A DNA stretch of 64,000 nt from Pelagomonas calceolata (lineage: Eukaryota), in the NCBI GenBank assembly GCA_918797485.1, contig CAKKNE010000004.1, positions 2,542,001-2,606,000 of the forward strand, in the 5' to 3' direction. Shown here one piece after another: positions 19,873 through 31,599 of the stretch. The notes below the pieces were generated by a model. It worked only from the letters and a program-made list of their open reading frames with translations, was not told the origin of the DNA and did no database searches. How positions within the stretch are numbered: the first letter of the stretch is position 1; each line of letters starts with the position of its first letter. The position numbers were made by a program, and so were the translations under genes.

Positions 19873-21118
19873 TCAGCGAGGAGGCCTCGGCGGCGCGCAG
19901 GGGTCGTACGGCGGCCGCGGCCGAGGATACGTCCCGGGATCCGGCGGCGGCGCGCCGTAAGCGTATCTCGGCGGCCGCGGCGCCGCGTAGCCTTGAGGTG
20001 CGTACCCAGGAACCGGCGGCCGCCGTGGCGGCGGCGCGCCGTAGCCTCGAGGTACAAGCTGTGGAACGCCGTACCCGCGCGGCGGCCCCGGCACCGCGGC
20101 GTACGGCGGCTCGTACGCCGGCGGTCGCGGCACCGCGCGCGGCGGCATCGCCATCGCGGGCAGCATGTAGGCGTCCGGCGGCGGCGGCGACAGGCGCCGC
20201 GGCGGTGGCGGCGCCGTCGGCGCCAGCAGCACCGGGGCCTGGGCCGCGAACGAGCCCGGCTCGCGCAGGACCTGCTGCTTGAGCACCTCGAACTCGGCCG
20301 CCGAGACGCTGCCGCTGTTGCGTAGGGCGCGGAGTCGCTCGAGCCGGCTGACGACGTCGGTCGGCTCGCCCGGCGGCTCGTCGGGCTCGAGCGGCCGGAG
20401 CTCCTCCTGCGCGCGGACCGACCCGCTTTCGCGCCGCCGACGCGAAGAGTTGATTTTTCCGCGCGGAAGACTACGGCGCTGTGCGCGTAGGAGCAGCTCA
20501 CGCCGTAGGGGCACGTGCCCGCGCCGTAGCGGCACATGCGCGTCTTGTACTTCTTGTCCTGCGTCTTCGCCAGCGGCGGCCGCAAGTACTGGAGCTCTTC
20601 GACCTGCGTCGGTGGTATCGAGCGAGTCCCGCGCGATGGGACGCCGGCCCGCGGACCGTGTGCGCGTACTGGCAGCGGCCGTCCGCGTAAAAGGGGCACT
20701 CCGAGGCGGCGTAGCGGCAGGGCTTCGTCTTGTACTCGGGCAGCCACCAGCGCGCCTGCGGCGGCCTTAATTCGGACTCGTCGTGCGCGAAGAGGCAGCG
20801 GCCCGGGCCGTAGGGGCACTTGTCGCCGTAGATGCAGATGCGCGTCTTGTACTGCCGCTGCTGCTCGAAGGGCTCCGCCTTGGCTTCGCCGGACCGCGGG
20901 TGGGTCTGGGTGAGCGAGAAGGCCGCGAAGTCCGCCGGTAGGGACGCGAGCGGGTCCTCCTCGTCGGCCGCGGGCGCGGGTGCCTCAGGCGTTCGCGGGT
21001 CGGCGGCGCGCGGATCCGGCCGTGGCGCTTCAGATTTGGACTCTTGCGCAGGTTCCGGCTGCTCCGGTGTTCCCGCTGGTGCGGAGCCGTCGGTGTTGGC
21101 AGCTGCTGCGTCCCACAT
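19873..21118 (-). CDS. Triple CCCH zinc-finger protein, copy 3
   Basis: Only two introns (20604-20656 and 20407-20474); EQQRQYKTRIC is uninterrupted. Confidence 0.85.
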
Positions 21119-21910
21119 ACGAGGCTCGCGTAGTGCCAATTTGCCCCAGCTCAAGGGTAGACCCTCATTTATCACTGTGTACGGCTCGAGACGCAGCGCG
21201 TTTTCGTGAGCAAAGCATTGTGGGTAGGAGACGGCGTCCGCAGGGCTGGAGCTGCATTCGTGCAGGAATGCGTGTTTGCGAGCGCTTTTTTTGCTTTACG
21301 TGCGTTTGTCTTTCAGGTTTTGTTCTCGGCTGCATAAAACTTGAACTGCAAAACCGCTCCCGCACCGTATCTTGGCCCTCGGAGACGTCCTCTAGGGGAG
21401 TATGGTCAATGGCAAAAATTAGATCGGTTCAGAGTCCTGAGTCCTTGTCATAGCAAAAAGCAAGTTGAGGCGGCAAACATGGGACGAGGGGCAATGAAAT
21501 GACGAGGACGTGCGCGCAGCTCCCTCCCTTCACGAATCAAGCCGCGCACGCCAGCGAAGGGCAGCCTTGTGACCCATAAAAAAGGGGCAGCACTGGCAGT
21601 GGGTTCTGAGGGCTGCTACCCCGGCGCCCGCGACGAGCGAAACGATCGAGCAACGCACACGAGGCCTCGGAGCCAGTGTGCGGTCGCGGTCGGCAGACGG
21701 GCACGAGGACTCGATGATGCTGAGGACCGCGTCGCGGACGCCGTCAAGAGCGCGCGCAGCCGTCGCGACGACGGTCGTGTCGCGTCGAAGCGACGACGAG
21801 TCGACTGATCGACGACGCGGCGCCGGTGACGATCCGCCAGTCGCTTTGGGCGTGACGGCGGTCCCGGCGCGCTACGACGGTGCTCGACGGGACGTCTAAA
21901 TTGAAAAACG

Positions 21911-22810
21911 TTACGTGGTCTCCTTAAACCCAAACCCCCGCGAAGAGTGCTCGTCGAAGAGCGCCCACTCGTCCTTCGCCGGCTTCGTCGTCGTCGCCGG
22001 GGCGGGCGCCGGCGCGGCTGCTGCTGGTGCCGGCGCCGGAGCCGCCTTGGGCGCGCGCCGGCAGTGGTCCTTGTGCCGGGGCCAGGCCGTGCGCTGGCAG
22101 GCCGTGGAGCAGTAGGCCGCCGCGCGGCAGCGCGAGCAGCGCTTGAGCTCGGCGACGGTCTTGCCGCACGCGTCGCAGGCGTCGCGCGCCGCGGCGGGGT
22201 CCGGGCGCCGGTCGCCGCCGATGCGCCGCGCGACGGCCGCGACCTCGCGCGATTGTGGCGAGGCGACGGCGCGCGGCGCCGTGTAGAGGCGGTCGCGCGC
22301 GTTTTGCGAGAGCGGCGTCGCCTCGACGCCCGTCGCGAGGGATTTTTCCTTCGCCGGCCGCGCGACGCTCTTCTTCAACCCGGGCAGGCCGCCGCGGTCC
22401 TCGACGAGCGCCGCGACCTTGCTATGACCGTGCTCCCGCGCGAGGTCGAGCGCCGTGTGGCCGTCGCGGTCCTCGGCGTGCGGGTCCGCGCCGTACGTGT
22501 CCAGCAGCTCCCTGGCAATCTCCAAATCGCCCGCCTCGCAGGCGTCCATGAGCGCCGTCGACCCGTCGCGCCTTCTAGAATTAACGTCCGCGCGGAAGTC
22601 CTCGATCAGTAATTTCACGACCGCGCGGTGGGCAATGCCGGCGTGCAGCGCCGTGCCGCCCGACAGCGCGTGCACGACGTCGTTCGCGCGGACGTCGCCC
22701 GCAATCAGCAGCCGCCGGCAGCCGTCGACATCGCCCTCGCGGGCCGCGGCGAAGAGTGCTTTTTGCGTATCGGTGCAGCGCTTCTTGGGCGGGTCCTGCT
22801 GGGCGGCCAT
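21911..22810 (-). CDS. Ankyrin-repeat and MYND zinc-finger protein
   Basis: GTALH, GSTALMDA and GHTALDLA ankyrin repeats; CDACGK...CSRCR..YCSTACQ..W..HK..C is a MYND finger. Confidence 0.9.
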   Translation of the reverse strand: MAAQQDPPKKRCTDTQKALFAAAREGDVDGCRRLLIAGDVRANDVVHALSGGTALHAGIAHRAVVKLLIEDFRADVNSRRRDGSTALMDACEAGDLEIARELLDTYGADPHAEDRDGHTALDLAREHGHSKVAALVEDRGGLPGLKKSVARPAKEKSLATGVEATPLSQNARDRLYTAPRAVASPQSREVAAVARRIGGDRRPDPAAARDACDACGKTVAELKRCSRCRAAAYCSTACQRTAWPRHKDHCRRAPKAAPAPAPAAAAPAPAPATTTKPAKDEWALFDEHSSRGFGFKETT

Positions 22811-23025
22811 GCTGCTCGTTTGAAGCGCTCTCAACTGCGGCGTCTGGCGTGCGGCGACGGCTGCTCCAAGGCTGGGTGTGTGATAGAGGGTGGTGGTGAG
22901 GTGACTGCTGCGTACGCTTGCCAAACGTTACGTGGGCGCGCTTAGAACCACGAAGTGTGCCGCAAATTGCGCAAGCCTGGGAATCTGTGGTAATCCTCCA
23001 AAAATGCCATCCCTATATAATGCAG

Positions 23026-23046
23026 CTAGCGGTTGTAAGACACTAG
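23026..23046 (-). promoter_or_regulatory. Recurrent intergenic CTAG-box motif
   Basis: CTAGCGGTTGTAAGACACTAG on +; ~215 bp upstream of ATG 22810. Confidence 0.6.
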
Positions 23047-23169
23047 CAAGCGCTCGTTCGCTCGAAGCGATGTGTAGGGCCGCAAGGTAACATATCCCGT
23101 CGACGGGATATGTTATACGGCACTTGGGCCGCAAGGGCGGTAGAACGCCGACCAAAACAACCACACACA

Positions 23170-26100
23170 CTACTTCTTACCCGCGTCCACCGCGCGCAGG
23201 ACGTCGTCCACGGCCGCGCGGCCCCGCCGCCGCTCGCGCCGCCGCTCCCGTTTGGCTTCGGGAGTCTTCCGCTTCTCCTCCAGGGCCTGCTTCGCCCTGC
23301 GTTCCTCGTCCGCCTTGACCTTAAGACGGGCGGCTTGGAAGCGCGCTACCAAGTCGTGCAGGGCCCCGAAGAGATGCGCGCAGTCGGGCGATTCTTCCCC
23401 AAAAAACTTGGAGCACTGGAGCACGGCCGACGACGCGTCCGAGGAAGCCTGGGACGCGGCCGCCACGTGCTCCGCCAACCCTGACGCCGCGGCGTGCGAT
23501 GCCAACGCGCTCTCGGAGATTTTCGCCGAGCACCGCGCGAGCCGCGTGGACTCCTTCTCCAGCTCCCGCAGTTCCAACTTCCGAGCAGCACGTAATAAAG
23601 GCTCGAGCTTCTCGAGGTCATGCTCCCCGTCACCGGTCAGGGCCTTACGCGCCGCGAAGTCCAGAACACTTACGGCCGAGGCGTCCGTCGACTTCGTCGC
23701 GGCCACCCTTTCTAAGGAAGCCAGCGTGAACCCCTTGGCGTCGCCTCTCCTCGTACCAGCGTTGAGGGCGTTGCCTACGTCTAAGAGCCGCCGCAGACAC
23801 TCGGCTAAAGCTTTGGAAGTGCGCGCGCCGTCGGCCGCCTCTATGAGTGTCTGCGCGTCCTCGGCGATCTTTTTCGAAGCGTCGGGCGCGCTCAGCGCGT
23901 CGCCGAGCAACTGCAGGCGGCTCCGCAAGTCGTTCGGAGACGTTATCTGGAACTCGCCGTCCTGCACTAAGTCGACCACTGCCACAAATAATGATTCGGC
24001 GGGTTTTTGAGGTATTCTTAATGTTTCAGGACCGGACTTCCGGTACAAGCGTCGAGCCTTGGCGAACTCGTCGTCGGACGGCAGCATGGGCACTAATTGT
24101 TCCACAATATCATGGGCGATAGCACCTTCACAGGCGGCCCTTAACATAGCCGAGAGATCACCGTCAAACGGCTTCGCCAACGTAGCTAATGATATGGCAA
24201 TGTTCGCCGACCGCTTCGCCTCGCAGGCCTCCTCTTCAGCTTTATGTTTTGGTTGTAACGACCCATGTTTTCGCGTTTTGGAATGGTCGACCCCAAATAA
24301 CCGATGCAACTCCGCCTTGTCGTCGTCGTCGACCCCATCACCAGAATGGGCCCAGACCGTGCCCTCCGTGTTGTTCTCGATGGCCTCCCAGTGCACGGGC
24401 TTTAAAGAAGCCCTTTTTTTGGCCTCGCGGCCGCCCCACTGCCGCGTCGTCGACGGGGCCTCCTTGTTGAGCAATCGCAACGTCGCCGCGTCGGGCGGCG
24501 CGTCGAGGTCCTTGTCTAGTAATGATGCGTCGAGGCCCTCCTCGGCCATCTTCCGCGCGACGGCGGGCCGCGGCAGGCCCACCCGCAGCAACTTGACGAA
24601 GGGCTTCATGGCCGGGTGGTCGCGCAGCGGCGCGCCGTCCGCGGCGGCGCCTCCATCAGTGGCCGCGCGCGCCTTCATGAGATTGTTCAGCGCGGCCTTC
24701 GGGTCCGGCGCGGCCTCGCCCGAGACGATGCGCTGGAGCTTCGCGGGCGGCGGCGCCTGCTTGCGCTGGAGCATGGCCTCAATCGGATTTGCCGGCTTTG
24801 GTGCTGGCGCGGCCGGCTTGGGCGGAGCGCGGGCCCGGAGCATGGCCTCGAGCGGGGCCGCGGGCGGCGGTGCAGCGGCGGCGGCGGGCGCGGCCGGCGC
24901 CGCGGGTGGCACCGCGGGCGGCGCGGCAGACAAGGCCGCGCCGGGCGCGACCGCGCCGATCGTGCCGGGCACCTGTGTGGAAATCAACCAGTGTGTCGGG
25001 TGCACTGTCGAGCGGTGAGGAAAATTTTGATTTCCACACAGGGCGCAACGGCCACGTCCTCCAAGGTTTGAGAGGGCTTCGCTAGCAAAGCGTCGAGCTC
25101 GGCCGTCAATAAATCGCCGGCGTCCGGTACTGGTGGAGGCGGCTGCACGAGCGCGGGCGCCACCGCGACGTCGGCGGCGGGCGCCGGCGGCAGCGGCTCC
25201 GGCGGCAGCGACGGCCGGCGCTGCGGCTTGGCTTTTTTAACGCCCAACCGATTCAATGCGGTCGTCACGCGCGGCAGGCCGCCGGGCCCGGCCTGGGCCG
25301 CGCCCAGTAAGGATGCACGCGGCGCGTCGTACGGGACGGCGGCCCGCGACGATCTCACATAAGCAAAGAGGTCGCCGTGTTTTGAACGCATGCCCGCCGC
25401 GGCACTGAGCGTCGGGAACCCTGATAACGTCGAGAAGGCCTTGGCTTCGTCATTCGCCGAAAGCTGCAGCGCCAGCGACGCGACATCATTATCACAGCAC
25501 GCCGTCGCCGCTAGGGATGATGTCATATTAGTATCGGGTTGGATGCAGTGCCAGGCCGCTAATAGGGCTAAACCGCGGTCGACGGCGGCTTCTGCGCGCC
25601 TAGGTAACGCAAAAAAATGTACTGGACTCGTCGGCTCGTCGTCGCCCTCGTCGTCCGCGTAGCAAAACGCCAACCGCACCCGCAAATCCGTTCCTGAATT
25701 CTTTCGATCACCTAGGATCTGCGTAGCGTAGGCCGGGTGGACGTCGATGTCGCATTTCCTCGCGTCGATGGCGCCGTCACAAAGGAAGCCTGATGAGGCC
25801 ACATACCGCGCGATCGGTGCTTGGCCCGCCCCGCCCACATCCTTGTATCTTCCCCCAAATCGTACCACAACGGCAAAATCCCCGCGCAACACGCAGGGCC
25901 GCTCCCGGTTGTTGTCCAGGGAATAAAAGGCTTCGTCCCCATCCCACTCCACAGCCATCTCGTCGCTCTCGGAAGACCAGTTGTTCGAGGTGGAGCACAC
26001 TTCCAGTACTGGTGCCTCAGACACAGGTAAGCCTCGCACCGACGCGCCTAACAATATCAAAGGTCGCGGGTTCGGCAGACACCTCGCTTCGACGGCGCAG

Positions 26101-27131
26101 TCCAAATGCTTCAGACCTCGTCCGAACGATGGTGGTAAATGTTTTAGGTCTAACTGGCGCTTCGCATCACCACCCACGGCTTCCAGATATGCCCCATAGC
26201 CCTCTTGAGCCGCGTCGACTCTCGGAATATCTGTTTGTAAGGCACCGAACTCTAAAACCGCCGACGCCACTCTCAGTACCGCGGCACAGGCTAAGCCGCA
26301 CCTAGCTCGATCGCCCGCCGTCAAGTCGCCAATCACGATCAACGTGCGATCATCGAGTGCGAGCCACGCGGCGGCCGCCAAGCCTAGTCTAGCAGCGTGA
26401 GCTAACGCGGGCCCCGGCGCGTGCTTTGGGGCTTCCCAGCCCGCGTTTATCACTCGTGATCCATCGGCAAACAGTTCTGGGGAGGCGCAGGGAGCATCTC
26501 CTACATTGATCAGCAACGCTCGGAGTAACGGTTCGCCGTCCAAGGCGTCGCCGTGGCCGAAGTCCGAGTGCCTTACATCGCCGCACTCCCGCCGCGTACA
26601 CTGCGAGACGTGTTGTAGAGAGGGCGCTTCCCCACCCACGACAGCGAAGACGCGCGGCCAAATACGGACGACGTCGCCCGGGTTTCGTGCTGATTCGGTG
26701 CTGGAGAAGACGTTCGTCAGCGACGTGCCGATGGCTCTGAGTCGCGCGTCGACGGACGTCGACCGCCTTCTGAAGGACCGGCCCCACCTTGACAACATGC
26801 CTTCCGACTTGCTCCTTTGTGGGGGGCTGTCGAGCTCCTCCTCATTTGGTACTGGCCGCTTCACCCTCAACTGGCAGACGTCGCCGGCTTGGACGAAGGC
26901 GTCGCGCATCTCCGACGCTCGCGTGTTGTTATCTAGCAGTGTAAAGCGGCCGTCAGCGCCCGCTATACCAACTAACAGGTCGCCGACTTTCGGCGGGTCG
27001 CAGGACTTCGAGGCCGCGCCTTCAGGTGCAACCTTCGTCACCTTGAAGGACGCGTTGTTGATGTTGAGGCCCCAGCCCTCGCCCGGCTGGCGCGTGAGGC
27101 CCAATATCAGTTCCTCGAACGCCTCGGGCAT
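23170..27131 (-). CDS. Formin: PDZ, PTEN/C2-like region, Pro-rich FH1, WASHC3-like motif, FH2
   Basis: EGWGLNI PDZ motif; LKPVHWEAI and GNALNAGT..GFTL FH2 motifs; two ORFs joined by intron 24973-25049. Confidence 0.85.
24973..25049 (-). mobile_element. Introner-like intron (77 nt)
   Basis: Perfect 15-bp inverted repeat CTGTGTGGAAATCAA...TTGATTTCCACACAG (24973-25041); GT 8 nt outside it; removal joins the frames. Confidence 0.85.
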
Positions 27132-27564
27132 CGTTCTTACGCCCTCTTGACGCCGCCGATGGCGTGTTCTCGCGCAATGAAGGACCGGAAATCGACTGGT
27201 CGACGTAACGCTTCGCCCCGTCCGTGCGTTTTATGCCGGCTTGTAGGCCTAGCTGTAGGCCTCAGCTGTGTGTGCTAGCTGTGTGTGCCACACCGTGCCC
27301 GAGGCGCTGCGGGCTTTTCTCAGCAGCCGTGCGATGTCAACAGAGCCGTGTTTCGCGACTCGTATGTGTGGGAACGCGACGAACGGCGGCCTTTTTGCAT
27401 CGATTACCTCGGAGCTCTGCCCTACAGTGCGGGGTCCCAAGATCCGCCAAGCCCTCCCTGGTCGAGAAGTCGGTCGCGCCGGCGATCGTTCTTCCCGGGC
27501 GCAAAAAATCTATTCGGGTCGCGACGAGAGGCTGCCCACTTGGAAGCGGCACTGTGGCAAAACC

Positions 27565-29911
27565 ATGGTGCGCGCCGCAAGGGCAGCCCTCGCCCTCATC
27601 ACGCTACCATACGTCGATGCCGCGCTCAAGACCTACGCCAACGCCTCCACGGAACTCACCAACTTGGAGCACTTCTTCGACGCGCACCTCTCAACCGGAC
27701 TGCCGGCCTTGCTCGGCGCGCGCCCGCCCGTCGACGGTGACGTCGATAAGGCTCTCAAGGGCTGCGCGAAGACGGGCTTAGCATTGGACGCGTGCCCGGC
27801 GCTCCTGGAGGTGCTGAGCGTGCCGCGCTACGCGGCGCATGATTACGTCGCGCGGGCCGCCGGATTGAGAAATGCGTCTCAAGAAAGTGCCTCGCCCCTG
27901 TTTCTGTACGGTGGCGCCAAGGACGATGGGTGTACGCAGCCGGCGCATTCGTTATATGCTGTGCTGAAAGGCACGGCCAGTGCCACGGGCGCCTTTGGCA
28001 CGGCGAAACTGGACGACGACGCCAAGGCCATGCTCTTCGTGCCCGGGAACGACGACAAGTTGACTTTCACCGTATCAAAGGGCGCCGCCGTGCGCTTTTG
28101 TGTGGTGGACGCGTCGAACGTGCATTCAGTAAGACGCCTGGCGAAGGAGTCGCCGGACGTGCATTTCCCCCACGCCAAGTCCTTGGTCATTTCTGAGTTA
28201 TTGACAGCTTTGGATGACCCCGAGTTCGACTTCGTGATGGCGCGGTCCTACTCGGAGATGCCTTGGAGCGAATTCGCGACGCGCGTCGCCCGCGTCCGCC
28301 GCCACGCCGTCGCCGCGATCACGATTACCGCGCAGGTGGCCGCGGCCCGCGCCGGAAGAAAAACCCGTGCACCAACAAACCAAACGCCAGCGCAAGAACT
28401 TCGGGAGCTGGCAGTCCGAGCAGCGCTGGAACTGGCGCGTCGTGAGTGCCACGATTCCGGAATTACCACCCCCCGAAGTGGTCCACGCCGGCCGCGAGCG
28501 CTGCGAATTGCGACTCTCGTCGTCTTATGAGAGGAGGAAGCACGACGACCGGCCCTTTGGCTTCGAGGTCCAGTTCGAGCAGGTCACGCCACCGGATGCA
28601 AGTCTGGGCGAGGTCGCGGCGTGGGGACCCGGAGATGAGAAAGGTACGCAGCGCTTCGACGCCGCGTCGCATCGTCAAGAAAAACATGAGACGGTCTTCG
28701 CGAACCACAAGTCCTACATCGTTGATGTGAAGGACACGTTACCCGCGCGCGGCTACGTGTTTCGAGTGCGGGTGTATTACGGCGAGGTTGAAGGTCCCTG
28801 GTCCAAACCATCCGAAGAAGCTAGCACACCGGCGCGCGGCGCACCGTCAAAAATTGTTGGTTCATCAGTACAAGCTCTGGGACGGGGCCTCACGCTGACA
28901 GTACCTAGACCTTTTGATGATGGCGGTTCCACGATAAAAGGCCTCGTCCTCAGATTCAGGCACCACGATTCTGAAAACTTTCCCGGCGCCTGGCGCCATG
29001 TTGGTTCATTTGCTACGAAGGACTGGCCTTTGCAGCTAGATGTCACGAATGAACTACTGACAAGTCGAGAGGACAGTAGCCATAACCACTCCTACGAGTT
29101 CTCCGTGGCACCCTACAATCGGTTGGGTGTTGCTCCTTGGTCCGGTCCTACGGCGCCCTGCGCCACGAACAACGAAGAGAAGGCAGTATCATATGGGCAT
29201 GGGGCCTTCGATCGCCACACGCGGCACCACATTCCTACTGATGATGAACTTGTACAAATAGCAACAGAAGAAGGAAAAAAACTCTACGAAGAGGCGTCGC
29301 ACTACGTGCGGAAACATTTGGATGACTTATTTGACGAGCACGCGCACTCGGTTCACGGTCCGTTGGTTTCTATTGGTGGATCTTTAACGGCTTCCTTGGA
29401 CGTCTACGACTCGTTACATAATTATAGAAGACCAAATGCGCGGCCGGACTACTCGGCGCAGGCCTGGCTCTGCCACTGGTCTCCTAGAGGCCACAAAGCG
29501 GTGGCGGAGCTCGTCGCCGCGGACCCCCTTGATGCTTGTTCTACACATAAAAACGCGGCACCTCTACGGGGACGGGTGGTTTTAGTGAAGCGGGGACAGT
29601 GCCCCCTGGCCACGAAGGCGTTGCTGGCGCAACGGGCGGGGGCGTTAGGTGTTGTGATTGCGGACAACGGAAAGTGCACGGCCCTCGACCAGTACTGCGT
29701 GCCCGGCGCTGATAGATCAAGGGGCGAGGCCTGGGCGCGTTTGGATTTGCAAAGGCCCTGGGCCGGTGTGCATATTCCGGTCGTGTTGGTGCTTGCGGAT
29801 TCCGCGGCTCACGTGCTCGAGCACTTTCCTGTCGGTGATGGGATGAACGGGACAGTGGCCCATTCCCTCTTTTCTGAGGAGGAGGAGGCGGGGAAGGGCG
29901 GGGAGCTATAA
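27565..29911 (+). CDS. Secretory-pathway protein with two FN3-like domains and a PA (protease-associated) domain
   Basis: Signal peptide; YVFRVR..EGPWS and YEFSVAPYN..GVAPWS (FN3); VLVKRGQC..KAL.AQ.AGA (PA); C-terminal GGEL. GC-AG intron 28281-28335 fixes the frameshift. Confidence 0.8.
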
Positions 29912-29929
29912 TATGTTACAGTAACTTGC

Positions 29930-30886
29930 CTAGGCCGCCTGCTGGACGGGCTCCGATCCCCCCAGGTCGTCGCGCGCGGGGTACGACGCGCGCAGCGCCG
30001 CGAGGCCCGCCTCGGAGACGTCGACGGCGGCCGCCGCGTCCGCGCCGGCGACGCCCGCGGTAAGGCTGCCGAGGCCCGCGAGGAACGACGCCTCGTCGCC
30101 CGGCGCCGCGGCCACCTGGACCTTGACCTCGTTCACCTTGCAGGCGATGATCGCTTCGTGGCGGCAGGCCGCGGCGATGCCCTGGCAGGCCCGCAGGTTG
30201 ATGGCCCCGAGCGCCGACCGCTTGTCGTCCGCGCCGTCGCCGACGACGAATGTGTAGGAGCCGTTCTCGTCGAGGCGCGGTAAGAGCCGCCGCGCCGCGG
30301 AGAACTGCAGCGCGGCCAATTGGCAGGCCTTTTGCGGGAAGTCTTCATCGTTGATCGTGAAGAGGCGGTCCTTGGCCAGCGTGTTCGTCTCGTCGCACTT
30401 GCCGCGGCCAGCCCACCAGCGCACGCCCGCGTGCGCCACGACGTGGTCGAGGCGCTGAGCTGTCAGATTCATGACGTTCGAGATGGTCTTGTCGGCATTT
30501 TCCGGGAGCAGGGAGCCGTGGACCGTCGCGAGGCGGTCGGGCTGGCCCAGCGTCTCGGCGAGGTGTTCCAGGCGGCTCGCCGTCCGCGAGTTGACGACGA
30601 CCAGGGCTCCCGCATCTAGCAGCCCGCGGACGAGGTTGCGGCCGACCTGTGTGCAATCGACCAGTGAGTCCTTTTTTGCACCGCCACGCCACGCAGCGAA
30701 GGCGTCGTGTAAACTTGATTGCGCACCGCCGCTGACGGTGTCGACGCCTCCCACCACCCAGCAGACCTTGCCTTCGAGCGATGCCGGCGGCGAGGTGTTG
30801 CCGCCGCCGCCCTTCAGGAAGCTGAAAAAGCTTCTCGCGTGCACGCTGCGCATCGCTGCGGTCAGGTGTCTTGTTTGAGAGAGCAT
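29930..30886 (-). CDS. Short-chain dehydrogenase/reductase-like protein, probably mitochondrial
   Basis: Rossmann N-terminus WVVGGVDT|VGRNLVRGLL after removing intron 30647-30736; LDHVVAHAG; basic, acid-poor leader. Confidence 0.8.
   Translation of the reverse strand: MLSQTRHLTAAMRSVHARSFFSFLKGGGGNTSPPASLEGKVCWVVGGVDTVSGGAQSSLHDAFAAWRGGAKKDSLVDCTQVGRNLVRGLLDAGALVVVNSRTASRLEHLAETLGQPDRLATVHGSLLPENADKTISNVMNLTAQRLDHVVAHAGVRWWAGRGKCDETNTLAKDRLFTINDEDFPQKACQLAALQFSAARRLLPRLDENGSYTFVVGDGADDKRSALGAINLRACQGIAAACRHEAIIACKVNEVKVQVAAAPGDEASFLAGLGSLTAGVAGADAAAAVDVSEAGLAALRASYPARDDLGGSEPVQQAA
30647..30736 (-). mobile_element. In-frame introner-like intron (90 nt)
   Basis: GTCAGCGG + CGGTGCGCAATCAA...TCGATTGCACACAG | GTCGGCCG; inverted repeat 11/14 and 8-bp direct repeat 6/8. 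Confidence 0.75.
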
Positions 30887-31599
30887 TTTTGAAGGCTGGA
30901 TTTATCAGTAGCAGCTAATCTTATAGCTTCCGGGTAAGGAGCTTAGACCGGTTCGTTTCACCCAGTTTCGCGTCTCCAATCGATCTCTGTGCTGCGGCGT
31001 GTGCGCGCGACGCCACCGTGAGCTACAGCTCGTGGTGTCCAAGCGGAGCAGCGCCGATGGACGCTATGTTAGCTTAGCCGTGGCCTTAGGACTGCTGGCA
31101 GACGGTAGCGCCACTTGCACGGTTCTTTGAGGTCCCACTGCCCTGCAGGCAGCAGCCGCCTCCAGGTGCCGCTCGGCTAACGCAGGCTCTGATCCCGTCT
31201 CGACACGGCGTCAGCGAGGAGGGCCGAGGTCTTCTGGGAGTGCGGCCTCTAACGTCGACCGAACAGGGCTGGGCGAGGGCATCGACGCTCTCGATCAATT
31301 ACGCCGCAGCTAACTACTTTTAAACTGTGCAACTACTTTCACACACCTTTTATATATATTTTCGATTTGACTGACAAGAGAGAATCACGGCGCTCGCGGT
31401 GTAGGCTGAGCACAGGGCGGCATCGCCCGGGCTGAAACTGCGTTGCGAGCGGGACGCAAGCGCGAAAACCTAATTAATTTGTCCACTTTCCGATCGTCGT
31501 AGCCCACCAGCACCGGCTGCCGCGAAAACCACAGCGAAACGCCGCCGAAGCAAAAAGCGCGCCGCGACACGACTGCGACACGAGTCGTACATCACAACC

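Larger units (their letters stand above)
14486..21830. repeat. Tandem segmental array, ~2630-bp period, ~2.8 units
   Basis: Near-identical sequence and ORFs offset by exactly 2630 (16771 vs 19401; 17191 vs 19821; 15646 vs 18276). Outer boundaries are approximate. Confidence 0.95.

Noticed and set aside
14486..21830. Array as CRISPR or transposon
   Set aside because: Units are whole spliced genes with a 2.6-kb period; no repeat-spacer pattern and no transposase.
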